This document shows positions 30,674 to 41,096 of a DNA stretch of 63,887 nucleotides, one piece after another (positions within the stretch are counted from its first letter, which is position 1; every line of letters starts with the position of its first letter). Under the pieces are notes generated by a model. That model saw nothing but the letters and a program-made list of their open reading frames with translations. It did no database searches and was not told the DNA's origin. The DNA comes from Chitinophagaceae bacterium (GTDB lineage Bacteria; Bacteroidota; Bacteroidia; Chitinophagales; Chitinophagaceae), in assembly GCA_031371915.1 (NCBI GenBank), contig JANMKG010000420.1, positions 1 to 63,887 of the forward strand, written 5' to 3'. The position numbers were made by a program, and so were the translations under genes.

Positions 30674-32122
30674 TTATTTCATCTTCAGATCTGGTTTAAT
30701 ATTTCTTACTCCTGTAGTAGCACCTCCCTCGAGGGCGAGGCTAACGGGTTGATTGGTTTGCCAGGCTCCCCTGGTGAAATCAGGAATATCCTGTGTTCTT
30801 GAAGTTTTTTCTACCGAACGCTGGCTGAGCGGTACCAGGCAACTCCAGGTGGCCGCATCATAGACATCCTGGTCAAGCGGCAACCCGTTGCGAAGACAAT
30901 CGATCAACCGCCAGTCCATAATAAAATCCATACCGCCATGCCCCCCTACATCTTTTGCAATAGCACCGATATGATTTACAAGTGGGGGAGAATATTTTTT
31001 GTAGAGATCATCCAGCACCTCTTGTTTTACCCAGCTATGCCCGAAAGCGATTCGTTCAGGTGCCGGCCATTTTTGCGCGACCCCCTTTGTACCACTGAGG
31101 AGATGAATTCTTGAATAGGGTCTTGGTGTAGAAACATCATGCTGGATCATTATGGTCTTTCCTTTAGCGGAACGGATCAGGGTGGTGTTCATATTCCCCC
31201 GGTAAGGACGGTCAACATATTCTTTAAAAAAATCATCTTTTGCGGCCATATCTTTTGCCATATTGTTCAACGAAAAATCATTGGTACTCATACTCACCAG
31301 GTGATCAAATTTATCTCCCCGGTTGATATTCATACACTGTGCCACCGGTCCAAGGCCATGCGTGGGGTAAAGATTCCCGTTGCGCCCGATATTTTCTTTT
31401 AACCGCCACATATCAGCATAGGCATTTTTATTGAAAAGCCATTCTTTGCTGAGATCATGGATATAAGCACCTTCTGCATGCAGGATCTCACCGAACATTC
31501 CCTGCCGGGTCATATTCAGTGTCAGCTGTTCGAAGAAATCATAACAGCAATTCTCCAGCATCATACAATGCTTTCTTGTTTTCTCTGATGTCTCTACCAG
31601 TTCCCAGCATTCATCAAGGGTCTTGGCTGCTGGTACTTCCGTGGCCGCGTGTTTACCATTTTTCATGGCGAATACAGCAATGGGAGTATGAAGGTGCCAG
31701 GGAGTCGGTGTATAGACAAGATCGATCCCATCGCTTTCGCATAAAGCTTTCCATCCCTCTTCACCACTGAATTCCTTTGCCCTTGGTCTTGCCATTCTCT
31801 CCAGCGTTGTTTGTGCTTTGGCAATCCGGTCGGGATACTTGTCGCACAAAGCAACGATCTCCACACCGTCAATATAACTCAGTCGTTCTACAGCTTCAGA
31901 ACCTCTTTGTCCCAAACCGATCACGCCTATCCTTACGGTTTCAATTTTAGGTGCCGCATAACCACACATGTTGAAACGCTGACCCTGTTTTTCCCAATTG
32001 GCAGAATAACCGATCTCCTCATCGGTTGTCCCCGTTACCCGGGCGAAAGAAGGAAGACCTGTGGCGAGTACACTGCTCCCGATAGCAAGGCGGCGCAAAA
32101 ATTTTCGGCGATCCTGGTTCAT
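30674..32122 (-). CDS. GH109 / Gfo-Idh-MocA NAD-dependent glycosidase with a Tat signal
   Basis: RRKFL Tat motif; IGLGQRG; EVPAA; MLENCCY; YPTHGLGP; GGHGGMD. Confidence 0.9.
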   Translation of the reverse strand: MNQDRRKFLRRLAIGSSVLATGLPSFARVTGTTDEEIGYSANWEKQGQRFNMCGYAAPKIETVRIGVIGLGQRGSEAVERLSYIDGVEIVALCDKYPDRIAKAQTTLERMARPRAKEFSGEEGWKALCESDGIDLVYTPTPWHLHTPIAVFAMKNGKHAATEVPAAKTLDECWELVETSEKTRKHCMMLENCCYDFFEQLTLNMTRQGMFGEILHAEGAYIHDLSKEWLFNKNAYADMWRLKENIGRNGNLYPTHGLGPVAQCMNINRGDKFDHLVSMSTNDFSLNNMAKDMAAKDDFFKEYVDRPYRGNMNTTLIRSAKGKTIMIQHDVSTPRPYSRIHLLSGTKGVAQKWPAPERIAFGHSWVKQEVLDDLYKKYSPPLVNHIGAIAKDVGGHGGMDFIMDWRLIDCLRNGLPLDQDVYDAATWSCLVPLSQRSVEKTSRTQDIPDFTRGAWQTNQPVSLALEGGATTGVRNIKPDLKMK

Positions 32123-32265
32123 GAAGTAGAGAATTTAGTATTTGCAAGTTCCTTAAATAAAATGGAGAAACGTGACCTGTTACGAAAATCAGGCAATCGA
32201 TTGAAATCGGAAGCTACAAAGTATTTTTCGGGAAATCTTTGTGTCATGCTAACTTAAGAACCGGG

Positions 32266-32345
32266 TGAACCACGAAGACCCAAAGACACGGAGTAACACA
32301 AAGTATTCTTCGTGAATCTTTGTGTCGTAGCGCCTTAGTGGTTCA
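32266..32345. repeat. CACAAAG-family inverted-repeat element
   Basis: TGAACCACGAAGACCCAAAGACACGGAGTAACACAAAG ... CTTCGTGAATCTTTGTGTCGTAGCGCCTTAGTGGTTCA; partial duplicate near 32216-32246. Confidence 0.7.
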
Positions 32346-32766
32346 GGCAAATTTAAAATTGAAACATTGCCAATAAATCACACCTGCCAAAAATTATACG
32401 TTTGGAATATTAGTAAACTACTCCTCAGTTGGTCAGTAGTAAAACGGATTTGATGAATGGGAAACCTTCCTTTATAACAGGTAAGATTCTTATTTGATCC
32501 CTGCATATTGCTTTTACATCACCAGTGTCCACGCAAGTGAAATTACCTGTTGGTAAATTTTTCTGCGGGAATAAATAGCAAACGTATTACTCCTATGTGG
32601 ATAAGATCCGTCTGGCAATGAATTTGCCAATACCAGGGGGTGGTTTTGAAACAAAAATCCGTGCTATGAAACTGACCATTGCGATTAACTGGCTGATGAT
32701 CCTTTTTTATTATTTACTGCTGCTCCTTTTGTGCTGAGCGGGTATCAATAAAGAAAAGAGATAAGG

Positions 32767-33447
32767 TTACTGGTCTTCGGGAAGATCGGGTCTTCTTTCT
32801 TTGGTGCGCAGTACCGATTGCTCGTGCCGCCATTCTTCGATCTTCCGGTGATCCCCGCTCATCAATACAGCGGGAACTTTCCAGCCGCGGAAATCTTCGG
32901 GTCTTGTATATACAGGAGGCGCGAGTAAATTATCCTGGAAGGAATCAAAAAGGGCAGAGGTCTCATCATTCAGCACACCGGGTAACAAGCGGCCGATCGC
33001 ATCCACTAAAATCGCTGCGGGTAACTCGCCGCCACTTAGTACATAATCACCTATAGAGATCTCTTTGGTCACAAAATGCTCCCTGATCCTTTCATCGATC
33101 CCTTTATAATGCCCACAGATGAGCAATAGATTTCCTTTTAAAGAAAGACTGTTGGCCATTTTCTGGTTAAATAATTCGCCATCGGGGGTCAGGAAGATCA
33201 CTTCATCAAATTTCCTGGCGGCTGATAATTCTTCAATAGCTTTTGCCAGGGGTTCGCACATCATCAGCATACCTGCCCCGCCGCCAAACTGGTAGTCATC
33301 CACCATACCATATTCATTCACGGCCCATTTGCGGAGCTGGTGCACCTTTACGGTGAGTAAACCCTTCTCCTGCGCCCTTTTCATGATACTATGCTCGAAC
33401 GGGCTTTCGAGCAGCTCCGGCAAAACGGTGAGAATATCTATGTGCAT
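32767..33447 (-). CDS. trmD: tRNA (guanine-N1)-methyltransferase
   Basis: [44 protein letters not shown] at 33447, just downstream of a TATCTTTG box (33452-33459). Confidence 0.97.
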   Translation of the reverse strand: MHIDILTVLPELLESPFEHSIMKRAQEKGLLTVKVHQLRKWAVNEYGMVDDYQFGGGAGMLMMCEPLAKAIEELSAARKFDEVIFLTPDGELFNQKMANSLSLKGNLLLICGHYKGIDERIREHFVTKEISIGDYVLSGGELPAAILVDAIGRLLPGVLNDETSALFDSFQDNLLAPPVYTRPEDFRGWKVPAVLMSGDHRKIEEWRHEQSVLRTKERRPDLPEDQ

Positions 33448-33487
33448 GGGGCAAAGATAGCTAAGTCGCCCAAACGTGTTATCGCCT

Positions 33488-34027
33488 TCAGGTAGTCGTA
33501 CCGGCAGCATCTTTAGTGCGTTGGAATGTTTTTAACCATACAGCACAATAAAGTACTGAAACAAGGATGATCACCGTGATAAAATACGCTGTAAAGAACC
33601 CATAATTATGAATACTCAGTGGAAGGTAAGCAGGGTTTAATTTTCCTGGTTTGGCAAACGGTGCTTTGTCCCCACCGGTGGGTTTTGCTTCCGATTGGAT
33701 GTAGGCGATGATGCTTTTAATGTTCTCATCGGTCAGGGTGGGGTGATCGGGCATCATAACCTTGTTGAATTTTTCATACATAGATACCGCAGTAGAGTCA
33801 CCGCTCTTCACCAGGGTTTGTGAAGAGTGTACAAAACTGATGATCCAGTCCATGCTGCGACGCTTGTCAACACCTGCAAGGGCAGGCCCGATGAGGTTCT
33901 TATTGATAGTATGACAGGCAGCACAATTCGACAAGAAAATAGATCTGCCTTCATCGGGTGGGGTTGCCTTTACCACTGCAATGGCTGAGGAGAACCCAAT
34001 TAATAAAAGAAGATGCTTAGTTTTCAT
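33488..34027 (-). CDS. Monoheme cytochrome c with a C-terminal membrane anchor
   Basis: Signal peptide; CAACH; GPAL; MMP distal Met; C-terminal TM. Confidence 0.9.
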   Translation of the reverse strand: MKTKHLLLLIGFSSAIAVVKATPPDEGRSIFLSNCAACHTINKNLIGPALAGVDKRRSMDWIISFVHSSQTLVKSGDSTAVSMYEKFNKVMMPDHPTLTDENIKSIIAYIQSEAKPTGGDKAPFAKPGKLNPAYLPLSIHNYGFFTAYFITVIILVSVLYCAVWLKTFQRTKDAAGTTT

Positions 34028-34634
34028 TTTTCAATTTTTTTATATCAACTATTAATTGTGTCACTTCTTCATGGCTTGTACCATCATAGTATCCGCGTAT
34101 CCTTTTTTGCTGATCAACCAGGACCAGTTTGTCACTATGGATGAAATCGCCGGGTCCGCCATCCCCGTCCGTGGCAACAACCATAAAACTATTACGGGCC
34201 AGTTTGTAGATATCTTTTTTACTTCCAGTCAGCAGGTCCCAGTTGTGGTTATCAATATTGAATCGCCCCGCATAGATTTTTAATTGCGGAAAGGAGTCGC
34301 TTTCAGGATCCACCGTGAAGGAGTTGAAAAATATACCGGTATCGTTCTTAAATGCTTCCTGCACGGCTTTCAGACTTTTAGTCATTTGCGGGCAAATCGT
34401 AGGACAATGTGTAAAGAAGAAATCAGCTATTACTATTTTACCCTTCCAGCTGGCTGTCGTTTTTGTTTCTCCCTCCTGGTTGATCAACCGGAAATCGGCG
34501 ATACGATGTTCTTTTTCGCCAAGAACAGGTAAAGGCTGAACTTTTTTCTCATACCAGTTCAGCAGCATCCATGCAGCAACAGGAATGATGAATACAATCG
34601 CGGCAAAAAGGGATATCGTTGATCTGTTCTTCAT
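34017..34634 (-). CDS. SCO family copper chaperone
   Basis: FFFTHCPTICP and FIHS motifs. Confidence 0.93.
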   Translation of the reverse strand: MKNRSTISLFAAIVFIIPVAAWMLLNWYEKKVQPLPVLGEKEHRIADFRLINQEGETKTTASWKGKIVIADFFFTHCPTICPQMTKSLKAVQEAFKNDTGIFFNSFTVDPESDSFPQLKIYAGRFNIDNHNWDLLTGSKKDIYKLARNSFMVVATDGDGGPGDFIHSDKLVLVDQQKRIRGYYDGTSHEEVTQLIVDIKKLKNEN

Positions 34635-36313
34635 TTTCCTCCGGATACCTGCGGAACAGGATTGTCATTACTAAAAGGCGGTGAACCGGGGCCGCTGTTC
34701 TTGTTTACATTCATCAGCGCAGGTACATAAGCCAGTAGGATAACGATCACCATCGCTACCAGCCAGGGTTTGAACCTGTCAAATAAGGCTATTCTTTTTT
34801 CATCATGGTAAGCTTCGGAAACAGGTATTTCCAATACCCCTTCCTGCTTTTTCTTCCGGGCAATCGTGCCAAAGAAAATAATGATGAACAGCATACCTGC
34901 GGTGAACATGATGATGCCACCGAGTAAGGCGAGCAGGGTGGTGGGTACCCAATCGCTTCTGAATAGTTCACTCTGAGGGTTGAGATAGGTCATCCCTAAA
35001 TTAGTTCTCCTGGGTTCTCCCCGTAATCCTCCCCAGCTCATCCCGAAAGAGAATATCAGCATGCCGAATACCCATAAGTATGGAATGATCGTATTCAATT
35101 TAGGCCAGAAGATCGCTTTGCCACTCATCTTCGAATAGAGGTAGATGCTCATCCCAACGATAGCGAGAAAGACGGGCCCTGCTACGGTCATGTGAAAATG
35201 CCCCGGCATCCAGGCCGTATTATGTACCACCCTGTTCAGTGAATAGGAGGCATTGATGATACCGGTTACACCGCCAAAGATGAACAGGATCAGCCCGCCG
35301 ATAAAATAAGAGAAAAGGAATTGATCTTCATTGAACCACGGTAATTTCTTCATCCAGCCAAATAAACCCTTGGCACCTCTTTTTCTCCCGGCGTATTCCA
35401 GCGAGGCCGCGAGGGTAAACGCAGTGATAAAACTGGGGATCGCAACACCATAGGTGAGCAGTCCCTGGAAAAATTTTACTCCCTGTGTTATGGTGGGATC
35501 GCTATACTGGTGATGAACACCGACCGGGATGGAAAAGAGCAGGAAAAGGAAAAGAGAAATTCTCCCGGCCAGGTCAGAATAAAGTTTTCCGCCGGCAACT
35601 TTTGGGAGAATCGTATAGAACATGATATAAGCAGGGAGTAACCAGAAATAAACTAGGGCATGGCCAAAGAACCAGAATAAAGTGCGGGCGAGGTTCACAT
35701 TTACAGTAGCAGTCCATCCCATTGACCAGGGGATCAGCAACACCAATACTTCATAGGCAACTGCCAGCGTGCAGACAAACCAGATGATAAAATTGATCAG
35801 CGTACCTAAGACCGCAAGGGGAGTTTTAGTTTCTGGGTTTTCTTTTTTCCAGCGCCGGTACATCGCGGCCCATTCAAATAAAGGGATCCATGAACCCACA
35901 ATTAAAAGAGCCGCACCCAGGTAAAATAAAGGGTGCGCTTTCAGCGGGGGGTAGAAAGTATAGAGTACCGAAGCTTTGCCTGCGAGCATGGCCCAGGTAG
36001 CCATTATCACACCGGTGATCATCAGCCAGAAGCTAAGCCACATTACTTTTTTATTCGGTTCTTTTTTCAGGTAAAAGGCCATTGTCGCATGACCAAAAGC
36101 TACCGCGAAGAACGTGGTTAGCACAAGGGCGTTGATAACACCATGCAGGGTGAGCCCCTGGTAATAATCCAGTTTGGCAAAGGAAGGTTGTTGTATCACA
36201 CCAGAGCGGTAAATCGTTTGCATCAGGCCATGATAGATACCGATGGTCAATAAGGCAACGGGTATGGCTAGTTCCAGGAAAATAACCCGTTTGAATGATT
36301 TCGATACTTGCAT
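34631..36313 (-). CDS. cbaA: B-family (ba3-type) heme-copper oxygen reductase subunit I
   Basis: LTLHG, FWFFGHALVYFWLLPAY, PVGVHHQ, VAIPSFITAFT, HNTAWMPGHFH, PRRT; parallels the motifs of Thermus ba3 subunit I. Confidence 0.9.
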   Translation of the reverse strand: MQVSKSFKRVIFLELAIPVALLTIGIYHGLMQTIYRSGVIQQPSFAKLDYYQGLTLHGVINALVLTTFFAVAFGHATMAFYLKKEPNKKVMWLSFWLMITGVIMATWAMLAGKASVLYTFYPPLKAHPLFYLGAALLIVGSWIPLFEWAAMYRRWKKENPETKTPLAVLGTLINFIIWFVCTLAVAYEVLVLLIPWSMGWTATVNVNLARTLFWFFGHALVYFWLLPAYIMFYTILPKVAGGKLYSDLAGRISLFLFLLFSIPVGVHHQYSDPTITQGVKFFQGLLTYGVAIPSFITAFTLAASLEYAGRKRGAKGLFGWMKKLPWFNEDQFLFSYFIGGLILFIFGGVTGIINASYSLNRVVHNTAWMPGHFHMTVAGPVFLAIVGMSIYLYSKMSGKAIFWPKLNTIIPYLWVFGMLIFSFGMSWGGLRGEPRRTNLGMTYLNPQSELFRSDWVPTTLLALLGGIIMFTAGMLFIIIFFGTIARKKKQEGVLEIPVSEAYHDEKRIALFDRFKPWLVAMVIVILLAYVPALMNVNKNSGPGSPPFSNDNPVPQVSGGK

Positions 36314-36330
36314 GATTCGGAGTTTTCGTT

Positions 36331-36789
36331 TTATTGGGCTTCAGGATAGTTGACGATCACCTGCGCCCGCATATTCTGGTGGCCGACACCACAGTACTCG
36401 TGGCAAATAATATCGTATACGCCAGGCTTGTCAAATTTTACGGTGGTCTTATTGATAGCGCCGTATACCGCCATCATGTTGACATTTTTCTGGGCGATAT
36501 TAAAGCCATGTACCACGTCTTTAGAAGTGAGGTAAAAATCCACTTCACTTCCAACGGGTATGTATATTTCGGCTGGCTGAAACTGCCACATCTGTGCTAC
36601 GGAGAAAACCTGGTAGGTCTTTTCATCCAGTTTATTGATCTTAGGTTCCGTGTAGGCCTTGTCATAGGGCAGGCATTCCGGCACATTACTTTTGTATTTG
36701 TTCTTTGCATAAAGCAGGGAGAAAACGAACAGGCCCATTAAGGCAAGGGAAGCAACAATGATCCGTTTTTCGATTTTATCCATTTCCAT
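36331..36789 (-). CDS. cbaB: Heme-copper oxidase subunit II (CuA, single TM)
   Basis: DVVHGF and CHEYCGVGHQNM. Confidence 0.92.
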   Translation of the reverse strand: MEMDKIEKRIIVASLALMGLFVFSLLYAKNKYKSNVPECLPYDKAYTEPKINKLDEKTYQVFSVAQMWQFQPAEIYIPVGSEVDFYLTSKDVVHGFNIAQKNVNMMAVYGAINKTTVKFDKPGVYDIICHEYCGVGHQNMRAQVIVNYPEAQ

Positions 36790-36798
36790 AACAGGGAT

Positions 36799-36921
36799 TT
36801 AGGTTCTTTCGATCATCAAAAAATAAATACCATACCAGAACAAAAGAGAAAGGATGACCAGTGCGATAAAGAATGCAATGGCCCCCCTGGGGATGAATTT
36901 TTTTTCTTCGGGAGATTCCAT
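36799..36921 (-). CDS. cbaD: Oxidase subunit IIa (40-aa single-TM peptide; absent from the ORF track)
   Basis: Translated by hand: MESPEEKKFIPRGAIAFFIALVILSLLFWYGIYFLMIERT; P.GA...W...Y...R pattern; lies directly upstream of subunit II. Confidence 0.8.
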   Translation of the reverse strand: MESPEEKKFIPRGAIAFFIALVILSLLFWYGIYFLMIERT

Positions 36922-36945
36922 AGTGCTTTTTTTTAGCTTTCGGGG

Positions 36946-37033
36946 CAAATGTATCAGCAGGATAAACGCCTGTGGCTGACCTGTAAGAAGGACTGAACTG
37001 ATTTTTATCAGCAGGGGAAATGACGCCGGTCAT
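36946..37033 (-). promoter_or_regulatory. Oxidase promoter with tandem TGA-N6-TCA boxes
   Basis: -7 box TACATTTG (36946-36953); CTGATTTTTATCAG at 36998; ATGACGCCGGTCAT at 37020; half site CTGAC at 36976. Confidence 0.7.
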
Positions 37034-37062
37034 TAAAAAAAGCCACTTTCAGGGCGGCTTTC
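37034..37062 (-). terminator. Intrinsic terminator after the nos operon
   Basis: Minus strand GAAAGCCGCCCTGAAAGTGGCTTTTTTT. Confidence 0.65.
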
Positions 37063-37207
37063 GCATTGGTGATGCCAGGTTAAAAACTATAACTTAAATG
37101 GATATTTATTCCTGGCTGCGCCTTGATACTACCTCCTGCAAGTTGTTGCCGGATCGAAGCTGAATAGGTAAAGCCAACAGCTATCTTTTTAGAATTGAGA
37201 TCGATAA

Positions 37208-37975
37208 TCAGAGATCTTTTTTCCTGAATTTTCTTACTGCCAGCCACAGCGGCACAACGATCCATAACAGCATAATGCCGGTGGTGAAAAGAATACCGGT
37301 GCCACTCCCAAAGAAATCTTTATATAAAGCTCCCGTATAACCCATAAGGGCGCTCACATCCATTTTCAACATGATAAAAATGCGCCCGAGATCGATTGGG
37401 TTCAGGGCTGAAAGCAAGAGGGTTAATTTTTCAAGGGGATATTCGCTGAAAGAAAATAAGATAAGCAGCACCAGTCCATCATAGATCAGCGCAAAATAAA
37501 ACCATAAGAGCAGCGCAAACCCAATTCCCCTTGCTTTATCCCTTGCAATGACAGCCGCGAGGAACGCAAGTGATGTAAAAACAAGCGTAAGGCATATTCC
37601 CGTGAACAGTAACGCGAAACCTGTATCATTGGCGGCGAATAAAAGAACAGGGACACCCACACCCAAGAGGAAAGCGCTAAGCAGGGAAATAGCTACGCCG
37701 GCGTATTCACTCAACAGGATCCTGGTACGGCTCATCGGTTGCGAAGACATCAGTTCGATAAACTCGTACGAATTATAATAGTGAATGGTGGTAAAGACCA
37801 GGCTGACCAGGGGGAGTACGATCAATACGATATTCAGGAGACTTAGCATGGCTTTGCTGCTGTTCTCTTCCATCTGGAACATGCTGACAGCAACGACCAG
37901 CAGGAACAGGGTGTAGGCAAGAATGATCTTGCTCCGGAGTATATCATACAAGACGTATCGTGATAATTTTAGCAT
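37208..37975 (-). CDS. nosY: NosY ABC permease
   Basis: Multiple TMs; LNPIDLGR; position after nosF. Confidence 0.85.
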   Translation of the reverse strand: MLKLSRYVLYDILRSKIILAYTLFLLVVAVSMFQMEENSSKAMLSLLNIVLIVLPLVSLVFTTIHYYNSYEFIELMSSQPMSRTRILLSEYAGVAISLLSAFLLGVGVPVLLFAANDTGFALLFTGICLTLVFTSLAFLAAVIARDKARGIGFALLLWFYFALIYDGLVLLILFSFSEYPLEKLTLLLSALNPIDLGRIFIMLKMDVSALMGYTGALYKDFFGSGTGILFTTGIMLLWIVVPLWLAVRKFRKKDL

Positions 37976-37985
37976 ATACGTTCAC

Positions 37986-38753
37986 TTAATAGATAGAATC
38001 ATTTCTTTTTGCTTCGAACATTTTATCGATCCACTGGTTGTTGAACTGCTCGCCTTTCATGATGCGGGCAATCGCTTTCCCCAGCTTTAATTCTCCCGTT
38101 TCTTCCTGGAGCATCTCCATATCTTTTAAGAACAGCATTTTGCCATCCTGCATATACATGATATGGGTGGTCAGCTCATCCAGATCGCTGAGAATATGCG
38201 AGGTGATCAGGATAAGCTTGTTCTTTTTCTTTTCGTTAAGGATCTTATTTTTTAAGATCTCTGCGGCCAGCGGGTCCAGCCCTGCTGTGGGTTCATCCAG
38301 TATCAGAATGGGAGGGCTGAAGAAGAACGCTAAAGCCGCACTTACTTTTTGCCGGGTTCCACCACTCAAAGTCCTCATGGGCTTTTCAAATATTTTTTCC
38401 AGTTCAAATTGTTCTACCAGGGTCTTATCCAGTTTGTCCGCAGGCACATTACGAATGTTCTGCATCATCCTGAACAGCTGCCCGATCTTCATATTATCCG
38501 GGTAGCGCCCGATCTGTGGCATATAACCTATCTTTTCCCGGTAGGTATGGTCTCCATTGACAAGCTGTTCGTCTACAAATATTTTCCCGTTGTCCGGCTT
38601 TACCATACCGAGAATTGATTTTATCAGGGTGGTTTTACCAGAACCATTGGGTCCGATCAGCGAGATGACCTGCCCTTTATCGAAAGTTGCGGATATATCA
38701 GCGAGCGCCGGGAGTTTCCTGAATTTTTTATTGATATGTTCAAGACGGATCAT
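37986..38753 (-). CDS. nosF: NosF ABC ATPase
   Basis: GPNGSGKT, LSGG, ILDEP, TSH. Confidence 0.87.
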   Translation of the reverse strand: MIRLEHINKKFRKLPALADISATFDKGQVISLIGPNGSGKTTLIKSILGMVKPDNGKIFVDEQLVNGDHTYREKIGYMPQIGRYPDNMKIGQLFRMMQNIRNVPADKLDKTLVEQFELEKIFEKPMRTLSGGTRQKVSAALAFFFSPPILILDEPTAGLDPLAAEILKNKILNEKKKNKLILITSHILSDLDELTTHIMYMQDGKMLFLKDMEMLQEETGELKLGKAIARIMKGEQFNNQWIDKMFEAKRNDSIY

Positions 38754-39982
38754 AGGGCAAGTGATTTTATCATGGGTTTATTATCCACCAGGTTTTCCGG
38801 GGTAAGGCTGGGAATGGCTTTTTCAGCCTTATCAAGTAATTGCACCGTAAAACTCCTGAACAGCATCAGGGCATAAGGATTTTCCTCCACGATCATCGAA
38901 TACAAACTTACCGGGTGATAAGGAATGTCACCGATCCCATCCTTATTGATATCATAACCTTCATATTTATCCCAGTAATTGTTGTAGAAATTATTCAGGG
39001 AGATGGAGCCATTCGTTGCCACATCAAAACTGTTTCCAAAGAAGTTATTATGGTGAAAGTCGTTGTTCTCGCAACTGGCCTGGACCTTGATCGCCCAGCC
39101 ATTTTCCTTGAAAATATTTTCCTGGATATCGATACGGCTGGTTCCTTCCAGGTGGATGCCTACGGTGTTTTTCAGGAAGGTGTTATGAAGAATATAGCTG
39201 TCCGAGATATCCTTTAATAAAATTCCATAGGCAGAGGGACCCCAGTTCTGTTCAAAATGATTGCCTTCCATCCTCACTCTTTTGGAATACATGACGGCTA
39301 CACCCGCCCCGTTGTTATGAAACACATTGTTGAGATACGTATCATCATTGGAGAACATAAAGTGAAGACCATAGCGGATATTTTTTTCACTTCTATTGTT
39401 GCGGATAACCGAGAAGGAAACAAATTCAAAATAGATCCCATCGCGGTGACCCTGTACATGGTTATTTTCTATAAGGGCATGATTGGATTTCCAGAGGTGG
39501 ATCGCATTCCCGGTCAGTTGCTCCGACCTGGGGTTCCCGGAAATTGTATTGTTCCTTACCGTAACATACGAGGTATTGGAAATATGTATGGCGAAATAAG
39601 CGCCATTAATAGTATTGTTTTCGATAGTAATATTTGTAGCATCCACCAGCTTGATCGAAGCGTAATCATTCATCGCGGAATAGCCGGAATTCCGGAATAC
39701 TATACCCTGTATCACGATATTCTTACCACTGACCAGCAGGATCTCGTATTTATTTTCTCCATCCAGTACCGGCTGGTTCTGCCCGATGATGGTGACTGAT
39801 TTGGTAAGGGTGAGGCTGCCATCTTTATAAATCCCTGCGTGCAGCAATATGGTGTCTTTATCCTTCGCTATTTCAATGGCTTTCCTGAGCGAAGGAACGG
39901 GCTGGCCGTTCCCGGCATGGATCACCCGGGCTGAAGCTGCAAGAGTGAAAACAACCGATAAAAGAATAAATAAAGATCTCAT
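38750..39982 (-). CDS. nosD: NosD maturation protein
   Basis: Beta-helix repeats; RDGIY, RYGLHFMFS, NYWDKYEGYD...DGIGD.PY. ATG at 39982 overlaps the upstream stop. Confidence 0.93.
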   Translation of the reverse strand: MRSLFILLSVVFTLAASARVIHAGNGQPVPSLRKAIEIAKDKDTILLHAGIYKDGSLTLTKSVTIIGQNQPVLDGENKYEILLVSGKNIVIQGIVFRNSGYSAMNDYASIKLVDATNITIENNTINGAYFAIHISNTSYVTVRNNTISGNPRSEQLTGNAIHLWKSNHALIENNHVQGHRDGIYFEFVSFSVIRNNRSEKNIRYGLHFMFSNDDTYLNNVFHNNGAGVAVMYSKRVRMEGNHFEQNWGPSAYGILLKDISDSYILHNTFLKNTVGIHLEGTSRIDIQENIFKENGWAIKVQASCENNDFHHNNFFGNSFDVATNGSISLNNFYNNYWDKYEGYDINKDGIGDIPYHPVSLYSMIVEENPYALMLFRSFTVQLLDKAEKAIPSLTPENLVDNKPMIKSLAL

Positions 39983-41016
39983 TTTAATGTCTTGAATAGT
40001 TCTTCCCAACTCAACAACTGCCCCTCCATACCCGTTTTTATCTTTTCTGCTGCCTGCCGGGAGGTAAATGCTCCTGCATTACTGCCCATGGGACTTTTTA
40101 ATCCTGGACTTACCAGGAATATTGAACCGGGAGCATCGAGGAAATCATTTTCTTTTTCGTAGTTGATGACCACTTTTTTTGCGATCTCTTCTTCTTTGAG
40201 CGAACCAGCTTTTAAGAAACGGACCATACAGATCATATCATCAAATTTGAAGACCTTGCTTTTCTTCGTCACTACTTCACCGCCAAATTTTGGATCGATG
40301 ATACCCATCTTACAAAAATGGCAATTGTCTTTCCCGTAATTAAATGGTTCGGTTTTGGCCGCGCAGGAAGATACTGCGAGTAATAAGGCAAGTATGGGCG
40401 CCGTAACCAGGGAATTTTTTGTACGGCTCTTTTTTTCTGATTTGTGATGAAGATACCATTCGACAAACCAAATGGTAAACGCTAAAATGGCAGCTCCAAT
40501 AACGATCCAACCACCCACATCCGGAAAGGAATAGGAATCAAAATTCAATATTCGTTTATGACCTATCAACGGGGGCTGGTAAGAGAGTCCTGGTACCTGG
40601 ATGGGGGCAGTGGGGTCAAGGTTATGTCCATAATTATAACCCCAGCGGTAAAAATCAAGCATCGCCAGTATCCCGCCCACGGCCGTCAGTGCTAAATAGA
40701 TTAACAGGTATTTCCTTTTACCGCTAATGGCCACGACCATTCCCAATAACATATAGAAACCCACGACAAAAGGCAGGAATTTGAATTCGGGGAACATGGC
40801 TACCGTAATATGTTTCATCCCGATATAGTGATTCAAGCCATTTACAATGTCAATATCACCGCTGAGCCCGTTGATCCAGATATTCATGGTCAGTCCTTCC
40901 GGGTATTGGGGGGCAAACAGGTCAATCCGCCAGGCTGGAAGAAAGAAAACAGCGATCAACGCACCCGATGCAAAAGCCACAAGGATCCTGGAAGCCACAC
41001 TCAGTTTATGTTTCAT
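39979..41016 (-). CDS. nosL: NosB-like membrane domain fused to a NosL copper chaperone
   Basis: W.I.L.APQYPEGL, NGLNHYIGM, YGHNLDP, YQPP; then an internal lipobox-like AVSSC, CHFCKM, FDD..CM, SPMGS. ATG at 41016. Confidence 0.82.
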   Translation of the reverse strand: MKHKLSVASRILVAFASGALIAVFFLPAWRIDLFAPQYPEGLTMNIWINGLSGDIDIVNGLNHYIGMKHITVAMFPEFKFLPFVVGFYMLLGMVVAISGKRKYLLIYLALTAVGGILAMLDFYRWGYNYGHNLDPTAPIQVPGLSYQPPLIGHKRILNFDSYSFPDVGGWIVIGAAILAFTIWFVEWYLHHKSEKKSRTKNSLVTAPILALLLAVSSCAAKTEPFNYGKDNCHFCKMGIIDPKFGGEVVTKKSKVFKFDDMICMVRFLKAGSLKEEEIAKKVVINYEKENDFLDAPGSIFLVSPGLKSPMGSNAGAFTSRQAAEKIKTGMEGQLLSWEELFKTLK

Positions 41017-41034
41017 GGGTGTTGTTTTAAAGAA

Positions 41035-41060
41035 CTTCCGGGGCAACACGGCCCCGGAAG
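41035..41060 (-). other. Intercistronic GC hairpin in the nos operon
   Basis: CTTCCGGGGC-AACACG-GCCCCGGAAG, 10-bp perfect stem. Confidence 0.65.
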
Positions 41061-41096
41061 CTGTGTACAATGAAAATAAAACCTCAACATCAGAAA

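Noticed and set aside
34631-36313. Subunit I as an alternative NO reductase completing denitrification
   Set aside because: The active-site Tyr (HALVY), both CuB His (HH) and the proton-channel residues are retained, which fits an O2 reductase.
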